A stretch of DNA of 64,000 nt, from positions 172,173-236,172 of the forward strand of contig JBPOIB010000001.1 in NCBI GenBank assembly GCA_052034935.1, in the 5' to 3' direction. Source of the stretch: Candidatus Moraniibacteriota bacterium. GTDB taxonomy: Bacteria; Patescibacteriota; Minisyncoccia; Moranbacterales; UBA1568. Shown here piece by piece: positions 19,487 to 28,548 of this stretch. Below the pieces are notes generated by a model that was given only the letters and a program-made list of their open reading frames with translations, was not told the origin of the DNA and made no database searches. The translations under genes were made by a program, and so were the position numbers. Position 1 is the first letter of the stretch; the number at the start of each line of letters is the position of its first letter.

Positions 19487-20776
19487 ATGGCACGAATTAC
19501 TGAAGTGATCGCGCGCGAGATTCTCGATTCGCGGGGTAATCCTACCGTGGAAGTAATGGTAGCGCTCGATGATGGGGCAACGGCCCGTTTTGGTGTGCCA
19601 TCCGGTGCTTCGACGGGTGCCTTCGAAGCAGTGGAGCTCCGGGATAACGATCCGAACCGCTATGGAGGCTTGGGCGTGCAGAATGCCGTCTCGCATGTGA
19701 ATGGTGAGCTCCGTGACGCGGTCATCGGTATGGATGCGAGTGATCAGAAGGCGCTTGATGAGAAGATGATTATGCTTGATGGCACCGAGAATAAAGCGCG
19801 CTTCGGAGCCAATGCTATCCTTGGTATCTCGGCGGCGGCTTGTCGTGCATCGGCTAAGTCGGCAGGGAAGCCACTCTATGAATATATCAACAGTTTGTAT
19901 GGAGAAAGGAGGAATTCGAAGTATCCAGTGCCGATGTTCAATATTTTGAATGGTGGCAAGCATAGTGATTCCGGGCTTTCTGTTCAAGAATTCAAGCTTA
20001 TCCCGTATGGTATCGAGGCGTATCCTGATCAGTATCGTGCCGGGAGCGAGATTTTTCATGCCCTGAAGAAACTTTTGGAGAAAGAGGGCTTCGCAGTCGG
20101 AGTCGGTGACGAAGGTGGCTTCGCGCCGCATCTCGAGAGTCACGCGCAGGCGCTCGAAATAATCGGAAAGGCTATCGCTGAGGCCGGATACCGCTTGGGT
20201 GAGCAGGTCTTTATCGGACTGGATATCGCTGCCAACTCTTTCTACGAATCAGCTGAGGATCAGTATGCGCTCAAGCCCGAGGGTGTGTCGCTTTCCCGCG
20301 AGAGTTTGATCAATGTCTATCGTGAGTGGATACAGAAGTATGCTGTTGTTTCCATTGAAGACGGCCTGCATGAGGAGGATTGGTCCGGTTGGGCTGTCAT
20401 GAAAGAGAGACTTGATAAGGAAACGGCGGCCTGGAAAAAACATGTGCTCAATATCGGTGACGACCTTCTCGTGACCAATGTGAAACGGGTGGAGAAAGCT
20501 ATCGCAGAGAAATCCTGCAATACCGTACTTATCAAGCTTAATCAGATTGGCTCGGTGACGGAAACCATCGCGTGCATGCAACTGGCCGAAAAGAATGGTT
20601 TGGAGCGAATGATTTCGCATCGTTCTGGTGAGACCATTGATGACTTCATTGCGGATCTCGCTGTCGGTACGGGGGCGGAATTCATCAAGACCGGATCTCT
20701 CTCTCGTGGTGAACGGATCGCAAAATACAATCGGTTGCTCGCTATCTACGCCGACCGCACAGCTCCAAAAAAATAA
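19487..20776 (+). CDS. eno: enolase
   Basis: MARITEVIAREILDSRGNPTVEV; SHRSGETID; IKLNQIGSVTE. Confidence 0.95.
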   Translation: MARITEVIAREILDSRGNPTVEVMVALDDGATARFGVPSGASTGAFEAVELRDNDPNRYGGLGVQNAVSHVNGELRDAVIGMDASDQKALDEKMIMLDGTENKARFGANAILGISAAACRASAKSAGKPLYEYINSLYGERRNSKYPVPMFNILNGGKHSDSGLSVQEFKLIPYGIEAYPDQYRAGSEIFHALKKLLEKEGFAVGVGDEGGFAPHLESHAQALEIIGKAIAEAGYRLGEQVFIGLDIAANSFYESAEDQYALKPEGVSLSRESLINVYREWIQKYAVVSIEDGLHEEDWSGWAVMKERLDKETAAWKKHVLNIGDDLLVTNVKRVEKAIAEKSCNTVLIKLNQIGSVTETIACMQLAEKNGLERMISHRSGETIDDFIADLAVGTGAEFIKTGSLSRGERIAKYNRLLAIYADRTAPKK

Positions 20777-20783
20777 AAAATCT

Positions 20784-21800
20784 ATGCAACGAATTCTCTG
20801 CATCGGGTCTTCATCCAAAGATGTTTTTTTTCCGACTGAGGAAGGAGTAATCATTGAGACGCCGGAGGATCTCCGCGCTCAGACGAAAGTCGCCTTCGAG
20901 CTTGGCGGAAAGATTAGCTGCAAAGAGCGTGCGGAATCGGTCGGTGGTGTGGCGGCGAATGTCGCACAGGGTATCGCTCGAATGGGCCATGCCGTCGGCG
21001 TTTACAGCCAGATTGGGAGTGATGAGGTGGGATCCTGGATTAAAAAAACGCTTTCCAGTGCCGGAGTCGAAACAGAATCCCTTATTGTCGATCCGGCGGT
21101 CGGGACGGATCTCTCTGCGATTGTCGTCATCCGTCAGACCGGCGACCGAGTGATTTTCCATAATCGGGATGCGAATGAAAAACTGAAAGTCGAGAGTGCC
21201 CGGCTGCAGGGCTATCATTGGTTCTATGTCAGCTCGCTCAATGGAGACTGGAAAGAGAATTGGCGGATGATTTTTCAGGCAGCGGAAAAGAATAAGACGA
21301 AGATCGCACTCAATCCCGGGCAGCATAACCTCAAGGATGACCCGCGGCTTATGCTGGAGTCATTGCCTCATGTTTCGGCGCTCTTTTTGAATAAGGATGA
21401 AGCCTTGGAGCTGCTCTTGGTCGGCGGAGTCGTGAACGACCCAGAGAAACTGAATGATGAGCTGTATCTCATTCAGGCATTGCACGGATTCGGTCCCGAA
21501 GTCGTTTGTTTGACAGACGGAAAACGAGGAGCATGGGTCTATGATGGCCGTGAACTTTGGCGCGCGGATATCTATGAGCCGAACGGGTTGGTTGATACGA
21601 CTGGAGCTGGAGATGCTTTCGGATCAGGCTTCTTCTCAGCGTATCTCCATCATTATCCGCTTGAGAAGTGTCTTCGTTACGGTATCGCCAATGGAGGGAA
21701 CGTTGTGGGCTCATACGGCGCGAGCGCTGGTCTGCTTGACCAGGCTTCGGCCGAAACGTTTGCGCCGAACGTACATGCCACACTTTTGGCTGACCGATGA
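20784..21800 (+). CDS. PfkB-family carbohydrate/nucleoside kinase (ribokinase-like)
   Basis: GG motif near the N-terminus (FELGGK), C-terminal DTTGAGDAFGSGF anion-hole motif; ATG 20784 lies within ORF 20628..21800. Confidence 0.75.
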   Translation: MQRILCIGSSSKDVFFPTEEGVIIETPEDLRAQTKVAFELGGKISCKERAESVGGVAANVAQGIARMGHAVGVYSQIGSDEVGSWIKKTLSSAGVETESLIVDPAVGTDLSAIVVIRQTGDRVIFHNRDANEKLKVESARLQGYHWFYVSSLNGDWKENWRMIFQAAEKNKTKIALNPGQHNLKDDPRLMLESLPHVSALFLNKDEALELLLVGGVVNDPEKLNDELYLIQALHGFGPEVVCLTDGKRGAWVYDGRELWRADIYEPNGLVDTTGAGDAFGSGFFSAYLHHYPLEKCLRYGIANGGNVVGSYGASAGLLDQASAETFAPNVHATLLADR

Positions 21801-21826
21801 TATAATAGAGAAAAAGACTGTTCGTT

Positions 21827-23092
21827 ATGGGACTTTTCTCGCGCTTACCCTGGAAAAATCAAGAAGAGCTCTTCTTGGCTCTTGATATTGGGACAGAAAT
21901 CGTCAAAGCGCTCATCTTCCGGGTTGACCACGAAGCACGGCGCGGTACGGTCATTGGTGTCGGCCGGGCCCGCCAGAAATCAGGCAATATGCAGAGCGGG
22001 GCCGTCTCGGATATCCGCGGTGTCATCGGTTCGGCTCGAGAAGCGATCGATCGTGCCAAGGAAAAATCGGGAGTGAAGCGGATTGAGAAAAGTATTATTG
22101 GTATTGCTGGCGAACTCGTCAAGGGAACAACCACGACGGTTCATTATGAGCGAGTGAATTCCGAGATTAAGATCGGCATGCCCGAGCTCAAAATGATCAT
22201 CGACAAGGTCCAAGAGAAGGCTCTTGAGCGCATCAAGAAACAGCTCGTCTGGGAGACCGGCCAAGAGATTGAGATCAAGCTTATCAATGCGGCCATCGTC
22301 GATGTGCGGATTGATGGCTACCGCGTCCTGAACCCGCTCAATTTTCAGGGCCGCGAAGTCTCGATGAGCGTCTTCAACGCCTATGCACCACTGACCCATC
22401 TCGGTGCGATTGAAACGATTTCCGATGAGCTCGACCTCGATCTTTTATCGATTGTAGCCGAACCATATGCGGTCGCGCGGTCGGTCGAAGTCGAAGACAT
22501 GCTCGATTTCAGTGCCATCTTCATCGATATTGGTGGAGGAACGACGGATATCGCCGTGGTCCGCAACGGTGGCCTGGAAGGAACGAAGATGTTCGCACTT
22601 GGCGGGCGAGCCTTCACCAAGCGGCTGGCTCAAGAGTTTCAAATCAATCTCGAGACAGCTGAGCAGATGAAAATCGACTTTTCGAACGGCCGTCTCAAGC
22701 CCGAAGATATGCAACGGATCAACGCACTCTATACCGATGATTGCCGGGTCTGGCTCGCGGGCGTTGAACTTTCGCTGGTCGAATTCGCCGAGACTGATTT
22801 CCTCCCATCGAAGATATTTCTCTGTGGAGGAGGGTCTGGTCTACCGGGCATCAAACAAGCACTCTCGCTCCCGGAATGGTCGAAGGGTCTGCCTTTTGCG
22901 AAACCACCCCAGATCGGATTTCTTCAGCCACATGATATCAGCCGGATTTCTGATGCGACTGGTGAGCTTAATAATCCCCAAGATATCACTCCGATGGGAC
23001 TGGCCCACCTTGCACTCCTGAATGCGCTCGATGAAGAGCCGATCCTGACAGGAATCCTCCAACGCAGCATGGAGTCGTTCGAGAAAAATTAA
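21827..23092 (+). CDS. ftsA: cell division protein FtsA
   Basis: Actin-fold ATPase motifs LALDIGTE, IDIGGGTTDIAV, LCGGGSGLPGI; 421 aa. Confidence 0.85.
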   Translation: MGLFSRLPWKNQEELFLALDIGTEIVKALIFRVDHEARRGTVIGVGRARQKSGNMQSGAVSDIRGVIGSAREAIDRAKEKSGVKRIEKSIIGIAGELVKGTTTTVHYERVNSEIKIGMPELKMIIDKVQEKALERIKKQLVWETGQEIEIKLINAAIVDVRIDGYRVLNPLNFQGREVSMSVFNAYAPLTHLGAIETISDELDLDLLSIVAEPYAVARSVEVEDMLDFSAIFIDIGGGTTDIAVVRNGGLEGTKMFALGGRAFTKRLAQEFQINLETAEQMKIDFSNGRLKPEDMQRINALYTDDCRVWLAGVELSLVEFAETDFLPSKIFLCGGGSGLPGIKQALSLPEWSKGLPFAKPPQIGFLQPHDISRISDATGELNNPQDITPMGLAHLALLNALDEEPILTGILQRSMESFEKN

Positions 23093-23110
23093 AATGATTC
23101 CGCGAGGAGT

Positions 23111-25030
23111 ATGGCCGAAACACACTACATAGAAATAGACGAGGAAATCATCGGCGCGGTCGGCCGTCTTCGCAAGTCGAGCGCGACTGAGAATATTTTT
23201 GTTTTCCCGAAGCGAGCCCTCATCCTCCAGAGCATTATCAACCTCAAGCTCTTGGGGCGAGAAGCGGAAAAGCTGGGAAAGTCGATTACGGTCATGAGTC
23301 AGGATGAGCAGGGGATGCGGCTGGCTGAGAAAGCGGGACTTCGGATCGAGGAATATCATGACGCTGTCTTGCGGGAGCACCGCCAAGAATCCGATGTCCG
23401 CTTCACAGTCAAGCACGGAGAAAATATCCCAATGCCGGAAAAGTCGGCCAGCGAAGGCTTGCGGCGATCGACAGAGATTGGTTCATCGAGTTTTTATGCG
23501 CATCAAGCCAGTGCAGTGCCGCTTCCGGAAAAAAGAGAAGAAGTACCGCTGGCAGTTTCTCAGTCAGTTGCTCCGGTCCTGCCGCAGCAGTCCGACTTAC
23601 GTTCACTCCGGGTTCGAAATATGTCCCCGCCCCCCCAGACAGCGCTCAATTCGAAGCGCGATTTCAGGCCGCTACCGGCCAATCCGAGTCCACTGCCAAA
23701 TCGGATGGATACGGTCGCTCCGAGCGCGGTCTCAGATGTTCGGAAGGAAAAGCTCCGCCGCCTCTTCCAGCAGCCAGCCGAACCGAGCGCAGTATCGCCA
23801 CGCCCGTTGCCATCTCGGTCACCCGAACCCTCCTCTTCACAGTCTCGTTCTCACGAATCTTCATCTCAGGGAAGGTCATGGGTCTGGGCCGTTGTGAGTC
23901 TTTCTATCGTCGCGGCAGTGGTTCTGGGTGGCTATTTTTTCCTGCGTCCCGAAGCGATCGTATCAGTCGAGTCTCAGGCCGCTTCGCAGATGGTCAGACT
24001 CTCGCTTTTTGGGACGGCTGATCAGAATAATGGTGAGGAATCCGTATCGGTGCGCTTCATAAATGAAGAAAAGACCATCCGTCTGACTCGTCCGGCGACC
24101 GGAAAAGACCTCGGCAATGCCGCCAAGGCCAGCGGAATGATAACGATTATCAATAACCATAGTGATGCCGCACAGTCGCTCGTTGCCACGACCCGTTTCG
24201 AGACAAGTGATGGGAAAATCTACCGGCTCGTCGAGGGTGTGACGGTGCCAGGAATAAAGAATGAGGGCGGAAAGAAAGTTCCTGGAAAAACAGACGCTCG
24301 TGTAATCGCTGATGCGACCGGAATGAGCTTCAATATCGCTTCCGGAACATTCAAGATCCCAGGTTTCAAGGGCGGTCCTAAATACGACTCGATTACGGCT
24401 GAGGTCAAGTCGGCCTTTATCGGCGGCGGTGATGGTACCGGCGGAAATGCGCTGTCGATCGCGGCAGCCGATCTCGATTCGGCGAAGGAGGCAGCCGCCG
24501 AGGAGGCGAAACAAGCAGTCTTTTCTAGTCTCCGTTCTAATCTCGCGTCCGGAGAAGCGATACTGGAAAAATCATTCCAGACGGCTGTCGTCGGGACGCC
24601 GGTGGCCCCCCCGATCGGAACCGTGGTACAGGCCGGTTTCGAGTATGAAGCCCGTTTCCAAGTCAGAGGATTCGTCATTTCGGAGGCTGGGCTGCGGGGC
24701 ATTCTCGATCAAGAAACCATCGAATCGGCTGGGGTTGTTCTGAAGCCGCATAGCTATGAAATCGGTTATGGTACGGTGCTTTCTAACTTCGAGACGAAAC
24801 GCGTTGACTTCACGGTTGAAAGTAAAGTATTCTTCCAGGCGCCACTGGACGAAGAAGAACTGAAGAAAGAGCTGCTCGGTCTGGATGAAGAGGGTATCCG
24901 GAATTTCCTTGGCACCCATCCGGAGATTAAGCGTCTTCAGGTAGAATTCAAGCCGAAGGTATTTATTGCCACTATCCCTGAAGACCCAAATCGAGTCGTA
25001 GTCCAATTCCGTCCTCCAGAAAGCGAGTAA
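23111..25030 (+). CDS. hypothetical bitopic membrane protein (cytoplasmic N-domain, Pro/Ser-rich linker, one TM, large extracytoplasmic domain)
   Basis: 639-aa ORF immediately after ftsA; single TM WVWAVVSLSIVAAVVLGGYFFL at about residue 260; no recognisable catalytic motif. Confidence 0.55.
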   Translation: MAETHYIEIDEEIIGAVGRLRKSSATENIFVFPKRALILQSIINLKLLGREAEKLGKSITVMSQDEQGMRLAEKAGLRIEEYHDAVLREHRQESDVRFTVKHGENIPMPEKSASEGLRRSTEIGSSSFYAHQASAVPLPEKREEVPLAVSQSVAPVLPQQSDLRSLRVRNMSPPPQTALNSKRDFRPLPANPSPLPNRMDTVAPSAVSDVRKEKLRRLFQQPAEPSAVSPRPLPSRSPEPSSSQSRSHESSSQGRSWVWAVVSLSIVAAVVLGGYFFLRPEAIVSVESQAASQMVRLSLFGTADQNNGEESVSVRFINEEKTIRLTRPATGKDLGNAAKASGMITIINNHSDAAQSLVATTRFETSDGKIYRLVEGVTVPGIKNEGGKKVPGKTDARVIADATGMSFNIASGTFKIPGFKGGPKYDSITAEVKSAFIGGGDGTGGNALSIAAADLDSAKEAAAEEAKQAVFSSLRSNLASGEAILEKSFQTAVVGTPVAPPIGTVVQAGFEYEARFQVRGFVISEAGLRGILDQETIESAGVVLKPHSYEIGYGTVLSNFETKRVDFTVESKVFFQAPLDEEELKKELLGLDEEGIRNFLGTHPEIKRLQVEFKPKVFIATIPEDPNRVVVQFRPPESE

Positions 25031-25057
25031 GAGAGATAATTGAGAGAGTAATTCTGT

Positions 25058-25348
25058 ATGTCTGGGATAACGTATGACGGCGGAGGGAATGATGAGGATC
25101 CAGTCCGAGCTCAGCACCTGAAGCGCCGGAAGCTTGATAGCGAGATGTTCATTCTCCAATCCGACCGTTCGAAGTTCGAACGTCAGTCGAATGAGCTCGA
25201 TGCCGAAATCCGGGCGCTCGAAAAGCAACTCACGGAAAAAGAGATAGAAATCGATACACTGAAGGGGAAGCGTAAACATCTCATTCAGAAAATGCAGGAT
25301 GCCGACGCAGAGATTCTTCGTTTGAAGCGCTCGGTCTACAAGAAATAA
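25058..25348 (+). CDS. small coiled-coil protein, hypothetical
   Basis: 96 aa with a heptad-like charged sequence (ELDAEIRALEKQLTEKEIEIDTLKGK). Confidence 0.4.
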   Translation: MSGITYDGGGNDEDPVRAQHLKRRKLDSEMFILQSDRSKFERQSNELDAEIRALEKQLTEKEIEIDTLKGKRKHLIQKMQDADAEILRLKRSVYKK

Positions 25349-25358
25349 TGCTCTGTCT

Positions 25359-25577
25359 ATGAAAACCGACACTTTCGTCAAATTAGTCGTTCCAGAGATC
25401 CTGCGGAGTCCGGATGTGACTGATACGAGTTTTCTCCGCTCAAATATCCGAGCCATCGGTCGGAAGTTCGAATCGGGAGACATTGATGGGCAGGGAGTCA
25501 TGGCTGAAATTGAGCGCCTGTTGCCTTGGCAGCTCGGTCGTGATATTAAGAAGAGCATTGAAAAAATCCTCCGTTAG
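25359..25577 (+). CDS. small hypothetical protein
   Basis: 72-aa ORF between the coiled-coil ORF and alaS, same strand. Confidence 0.3.
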   Translation: MKTDTFVKLVVPEILRSPDVTDTSFLRSNIRAIGRKFESGDIDGQGVMAEIERLLPWQLGRDIKKSIEKILR

Positions 25578-25590
25578 CCCCGAAAAAACT

Positions 25591-27477
25591 ATGCAGACCA
25601 GTCAGATCCGGGCGAAGTATCTCGCCTATTTCCAATCCCAGAAACACACAGTGGTACCTTCAGCGCCACTTGTCCCTGAAAACGACCCAACAACCCTCTT
25701 CACCGGTTCGGGGATGCAGCCTATCGTGCCGTACCTCCTCGGTGCGCCGCATCCACTCGGTACTCGGATCGCTGATTCGCAGAAATGTTTCCGAAGCCAG
25801 GATATCGAGGAAGTCGGGGATAACCGCCATACCACGTTTTTTGAGATGCTCGGCAACTGGTCGTTCGGCGACTACTTCAAGACCGAACAAATTGATTGGA
25901 TGTGGGAATTCCTGACAGCTGAGCTTGGACTTGATCCGAAGCGGCTTTACTTCACCTGTTTCCGCGGGAATGATACGCTCGGTATCCCGAAGGATACGAG
26001 CTCGGCCGAACGTTGGCAGGCGCTGTTCAAGGCGGCCGGTATCGATGCAAAAATCGGTGAAGATTCTGAGAAAGACGGCATGCAGCCGGGAGAGAGGATT
26101 TTTTACTACTCTGAAAAAAAGAACTGGTGGAGCCGGGCGGGCGTACCGGGCAATATGCCGGTCGGGGAGCCGGGCGGGCCGGATACCGAGATGTTCTGGG
26201 ATTTCGACCCGACCAATGAGATGGAGATGCACGAGTCTTCTGTGTGGAAGAATGAGCCATGCCATGTGAACTGCGACTGCGGCCGTTTCATGGAGATCGG
26301 CAACAATGTCTTCATGCAGTACAAGAAGGCCGAAACCGGCTTCGAGAAGCTCGCGCAGCAGAATGTAGACTTCGGCGGCGGACTTGAGCGCATGGCAGCC
26401 GCGCTCGCTGATGATCCGGATGTTTTCAAACTCGATCTTTTTACTGAGGCCAAAACAACACTTGAAACCCTTTCCGGAAAACCATATGGTGAGTCAGCGG
26501 AAACGACGCATGCGTTCCGTGTTATCCTCGACCATATCCGCGCCGCGGTCTTTCTTATTGGTGACGGGGTCCTGCCATCAAATAAGGATCAGGGGTATTT
26601 CGTCCGTCGTCTTATCCGTCGTGCGGTTCGCTACGGCAAGAAACTCGGCATCCAAGATGTCTTCACTGTCCCTATCGCGACACCATTCATCGCAACCTAC
26701 CGACTACAGTATCCAAACCTCGATGAAAAACAGCAAACTATCCTTTCAGCTCTCGCCGAAGAGGAAAAGAAATTCCGGACAACGCTGGAAAAAGGCCTTC
26801 AGGAAGTGGAAAAGCGGATTTCTCTTGGAACGCTGACCGGCAAGGACGCATTTGAACTTTTTTCGACGTATGGTTTTCCGCTTGAGATGACGGAGGAGAT
26901 TGCGATCGAGCGCGGGGCTAGCGTTAACCGTGAGGAATTCCAGAGAGAATTTCAACAGCACCAAGACCTGTCCCGGACAGCGTCAGCGGGGAAATTCAAA
27001 GGCGGATTGGCTGACCACAGCGCGAAAGTGACGGCACTTCACACCTCGACGCACCTCATGCTTGCCGCGCTCCGCAAAGAGCTCGGGCCGGATGTCCATC
27101 AGGCAGGATCGAATATTACTGAGGAGCGGACCCGTTTTGACTTCACCTATCCGGAAAAGGTGCCACGGGAAGTACTCGACCGGGTTGAAGCGTACGTGAA
27201 TACCGCACTCCAGGCCGAGGCGACGGTCGGGACGAAAATAATGGAGAAAGAAGCTGCCAAAGCGGCTGGGGTCGAGGGGAGTTTTTGGGAGAAATATCCT
27301 GAAAAAGTGACCGTATATCAGGTCGTGGGACAGGACGGTACTGTGTATTCCCAGGAGCTCTGCGGTGGCCCGCACGTGGCAAAAACAGCTGATATTGGGG
27401 CTTTCGGGCGGTTCCGCATCACGAAGGAGGAGGCGTCATCCGCTGGCGTCCGGCGAGTGAAGGCGGTCCTGGAATAG
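25591..27477 (+). CDS. alaS: alanine--tRNA ligase, short form lacking the C-Ala domain
   Basis: N-terminus ...PENDPTTLFTGSGMQP...FFEMLGNWSFGDYFK; editing-domain HxxxH and CGGPHV motifs; 628 aa against about 875 typical. Confidence 0.9.
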   Translation: MQTSQIRAKYLAYFQSQKHTVVPSAPLVPENDPTTLFTGSGMQPIVPYLLGAPHPLGTRIADSQKCFRSQDIEEVGDNRHTTFFEMLGNWSFGDYFKTEQIDWMWEFLTAELGLDPKRLYFTCFRGNDTLGIPKDTSSAERWQALFKAAGIDAKIGEDSEKDGMQPGERIFYYSEKKNWWSRAGVPGNMPVGEPGGPDTEMFWDFDPTNEMEMHESSVWKNEPCHVNCDCGRFMEIGNNVFMQYKKAETGFEKLAQQNVDFGGGLERMAAALADDPDVFKLDLFTEAKTTLETLSGKPYGESAETTHAFRVILDHIRAAVFLIGDGVLPSNKDQGYFVRRLIRRAVRYGKKLGIQDVFTVPIATPFIATYRLQYPNLDEKQQTILSALAEEEKKFRTTLEKGLQEVEKRISLGTLTGKDAFELFSTYGFPLEMTEEIAIERGASVNREEFQREFQQHQDLSRTASAGKFKGGLADHSAKVTALHTSTHLMLAALRKELGPDVHQAGSNITEERTRFDFTYPEKVPREVLDRVEAYVNTALQAEATVGTKIMEKEAAKAAGVEGSFWEKYPEKVTVYQVVGQDGTVYSQELCGGPHVAKTADIGAFGRFRITKEEASSAGVRRVKAVLE

Positions 27478-27549
27478 ACCCTCTTCTCACGATTGACAAT
27501 TCCGTCCGCTCGGGCTATACTCAGACAGTATCAATTTTTCGAGACCTTT

Positions 27550-27855
27550 ATGATCGCCGTTATCCATACCGGAGGAAAGCAGTACAAAGTCGCCGTCGGC
27601 GATGTTGTTAAAGTTGAAAAACTCGAAGCCGAGCCGGGCAATGTCATCAAATTCGAAACCTACTTCGTGGGCGATGAGAACACTGTGACGATCGGCGCGC
27701 CGGCCGTAAAGAATCATGTCGAAGGTAAAGTGGTCGCTCATGGTCGCCACGCCAAAGTGACCGGCATCCGGCATAAGGCGAAGAAACGCGAAATGACTCG
27801 TTACGGGCATCGCCAGGACTATACCGCTGTTGAAATCACCAAGATTGCTGCCTAA
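27550..27855 (+). CDS. rplU: 50S ribosomal protein L21
   Basis: MIAVIHTGGKQYKVAVGDVVKVEKL is the L21 signature. Confidence 0.9.
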   Translation: MIAVIHTGGKQYKVAVGDVVKVEKLEAEPGNVIKFETYFVGDENTVTIGAPAVKNHVEGKVVAHGRHAKVTGIRHKAKKREMTRYGHRQDYTAVEITKIAA

Positions 27856-27865
27856 GAAAGAAAAG

Positions 27866-27892
27866 ACCGCCCAGTAGGGGCGGTTTTACTTT
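27866..27892 (+). terminator. intrinsic terminator
   Basis: GACCGCCC-agta-GGGGCGG followed by TTTTACTTT. Confidence 0.7.
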
Positions 27893-27916
27893 GTCTCGCG
27901 AATCTCCCTGCGACAG

Positions 27917-28507
27917 CTATTTCAGGGATTTCCGATTCTCGAGCGAAGAAGAGAGGGTGAGCTCATCCGCATATTCGATATCGCCGCCGGTTGCGAGTCC
28001 GCGCGCAATCCGAGTGATGACGGCTCCTGTATCGGCGAGTTTGGATTTCACGAAGTACGCCGTCATATCGCCTTCGGTCGTCGGATTGGTCGCGAGGATG
28101 ACCTCTTTGACGCCCGATTTCTGGATCCGTTGTTTCAATTCGGCGACCCGGAGCGTCTCATCGTCTTTGCCGGAGTCGAGCACGCCGCCGAGGACATGGT
28201 AGAGTCCGCAGAAGCTTCCGGTGCGCTCGATCGCAATGACGTCGAGCGGTTCTTCGACGACGCAGATAGTGGTACGGTCACGCGAAGCATCGCTGCAGAA
28301 AGCACAGAGCTCTGATTCGGAGATATAGAAGCAGTCCTGGCAGCTTGAGAGATGTTTCAGGCCTTCGAGGCTTTCAGCAAAGGCGAGGAGCTTTTCTTCG
28401 TCTTGCTTGAAGAGATAGAGGACGAGGCGCTCAGCCATTTTCGGCCCGATGGATGGTAGGCTCGAAAAATGTGTGATGAGGGATTCGAAGGGTTTAGGGT
28501 AGCGCAT
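27917..28507 (-). CDS. recR: recombination protein RecR
   Basis: HhH N-terminus, C4 zinc finger (CQDC...CAFC), Toprim domain. Confidence 0.9.
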   Translation of the reverse strand: MRYPKPFESLITHFSSLPSIGPKMAERLVLYLFKQDEEKLLAFAESLEGLKHLSSCQDCFYISESELCAFCSDASRDRTTICVVEEPLDVIAIERTGSFCGLYHVLGGVLDSGKDDETLRVAELKQRIQKSGVKEVILATNPTTEGDMTAYFVKSKLADTGAVITRIARGLATGGDIEYADELTLSSSLENRKSLK

Positions 28508-28548
28508 ATACTATTCAGCATACAGCATACTGGAAGGTCTCTCTAGTC

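Noticed and set aside
19415-20854. Minus-strand ORFs of 242 aa and 201 aa
   Set aside because: Antisense to enolase; no motifs.
24572-25558. 328-aa minus-strand ORF
   Set aside because: Antisense to the 3' end of the 639-aa gene and the small coiled-coil ORFs; low-complexity product.
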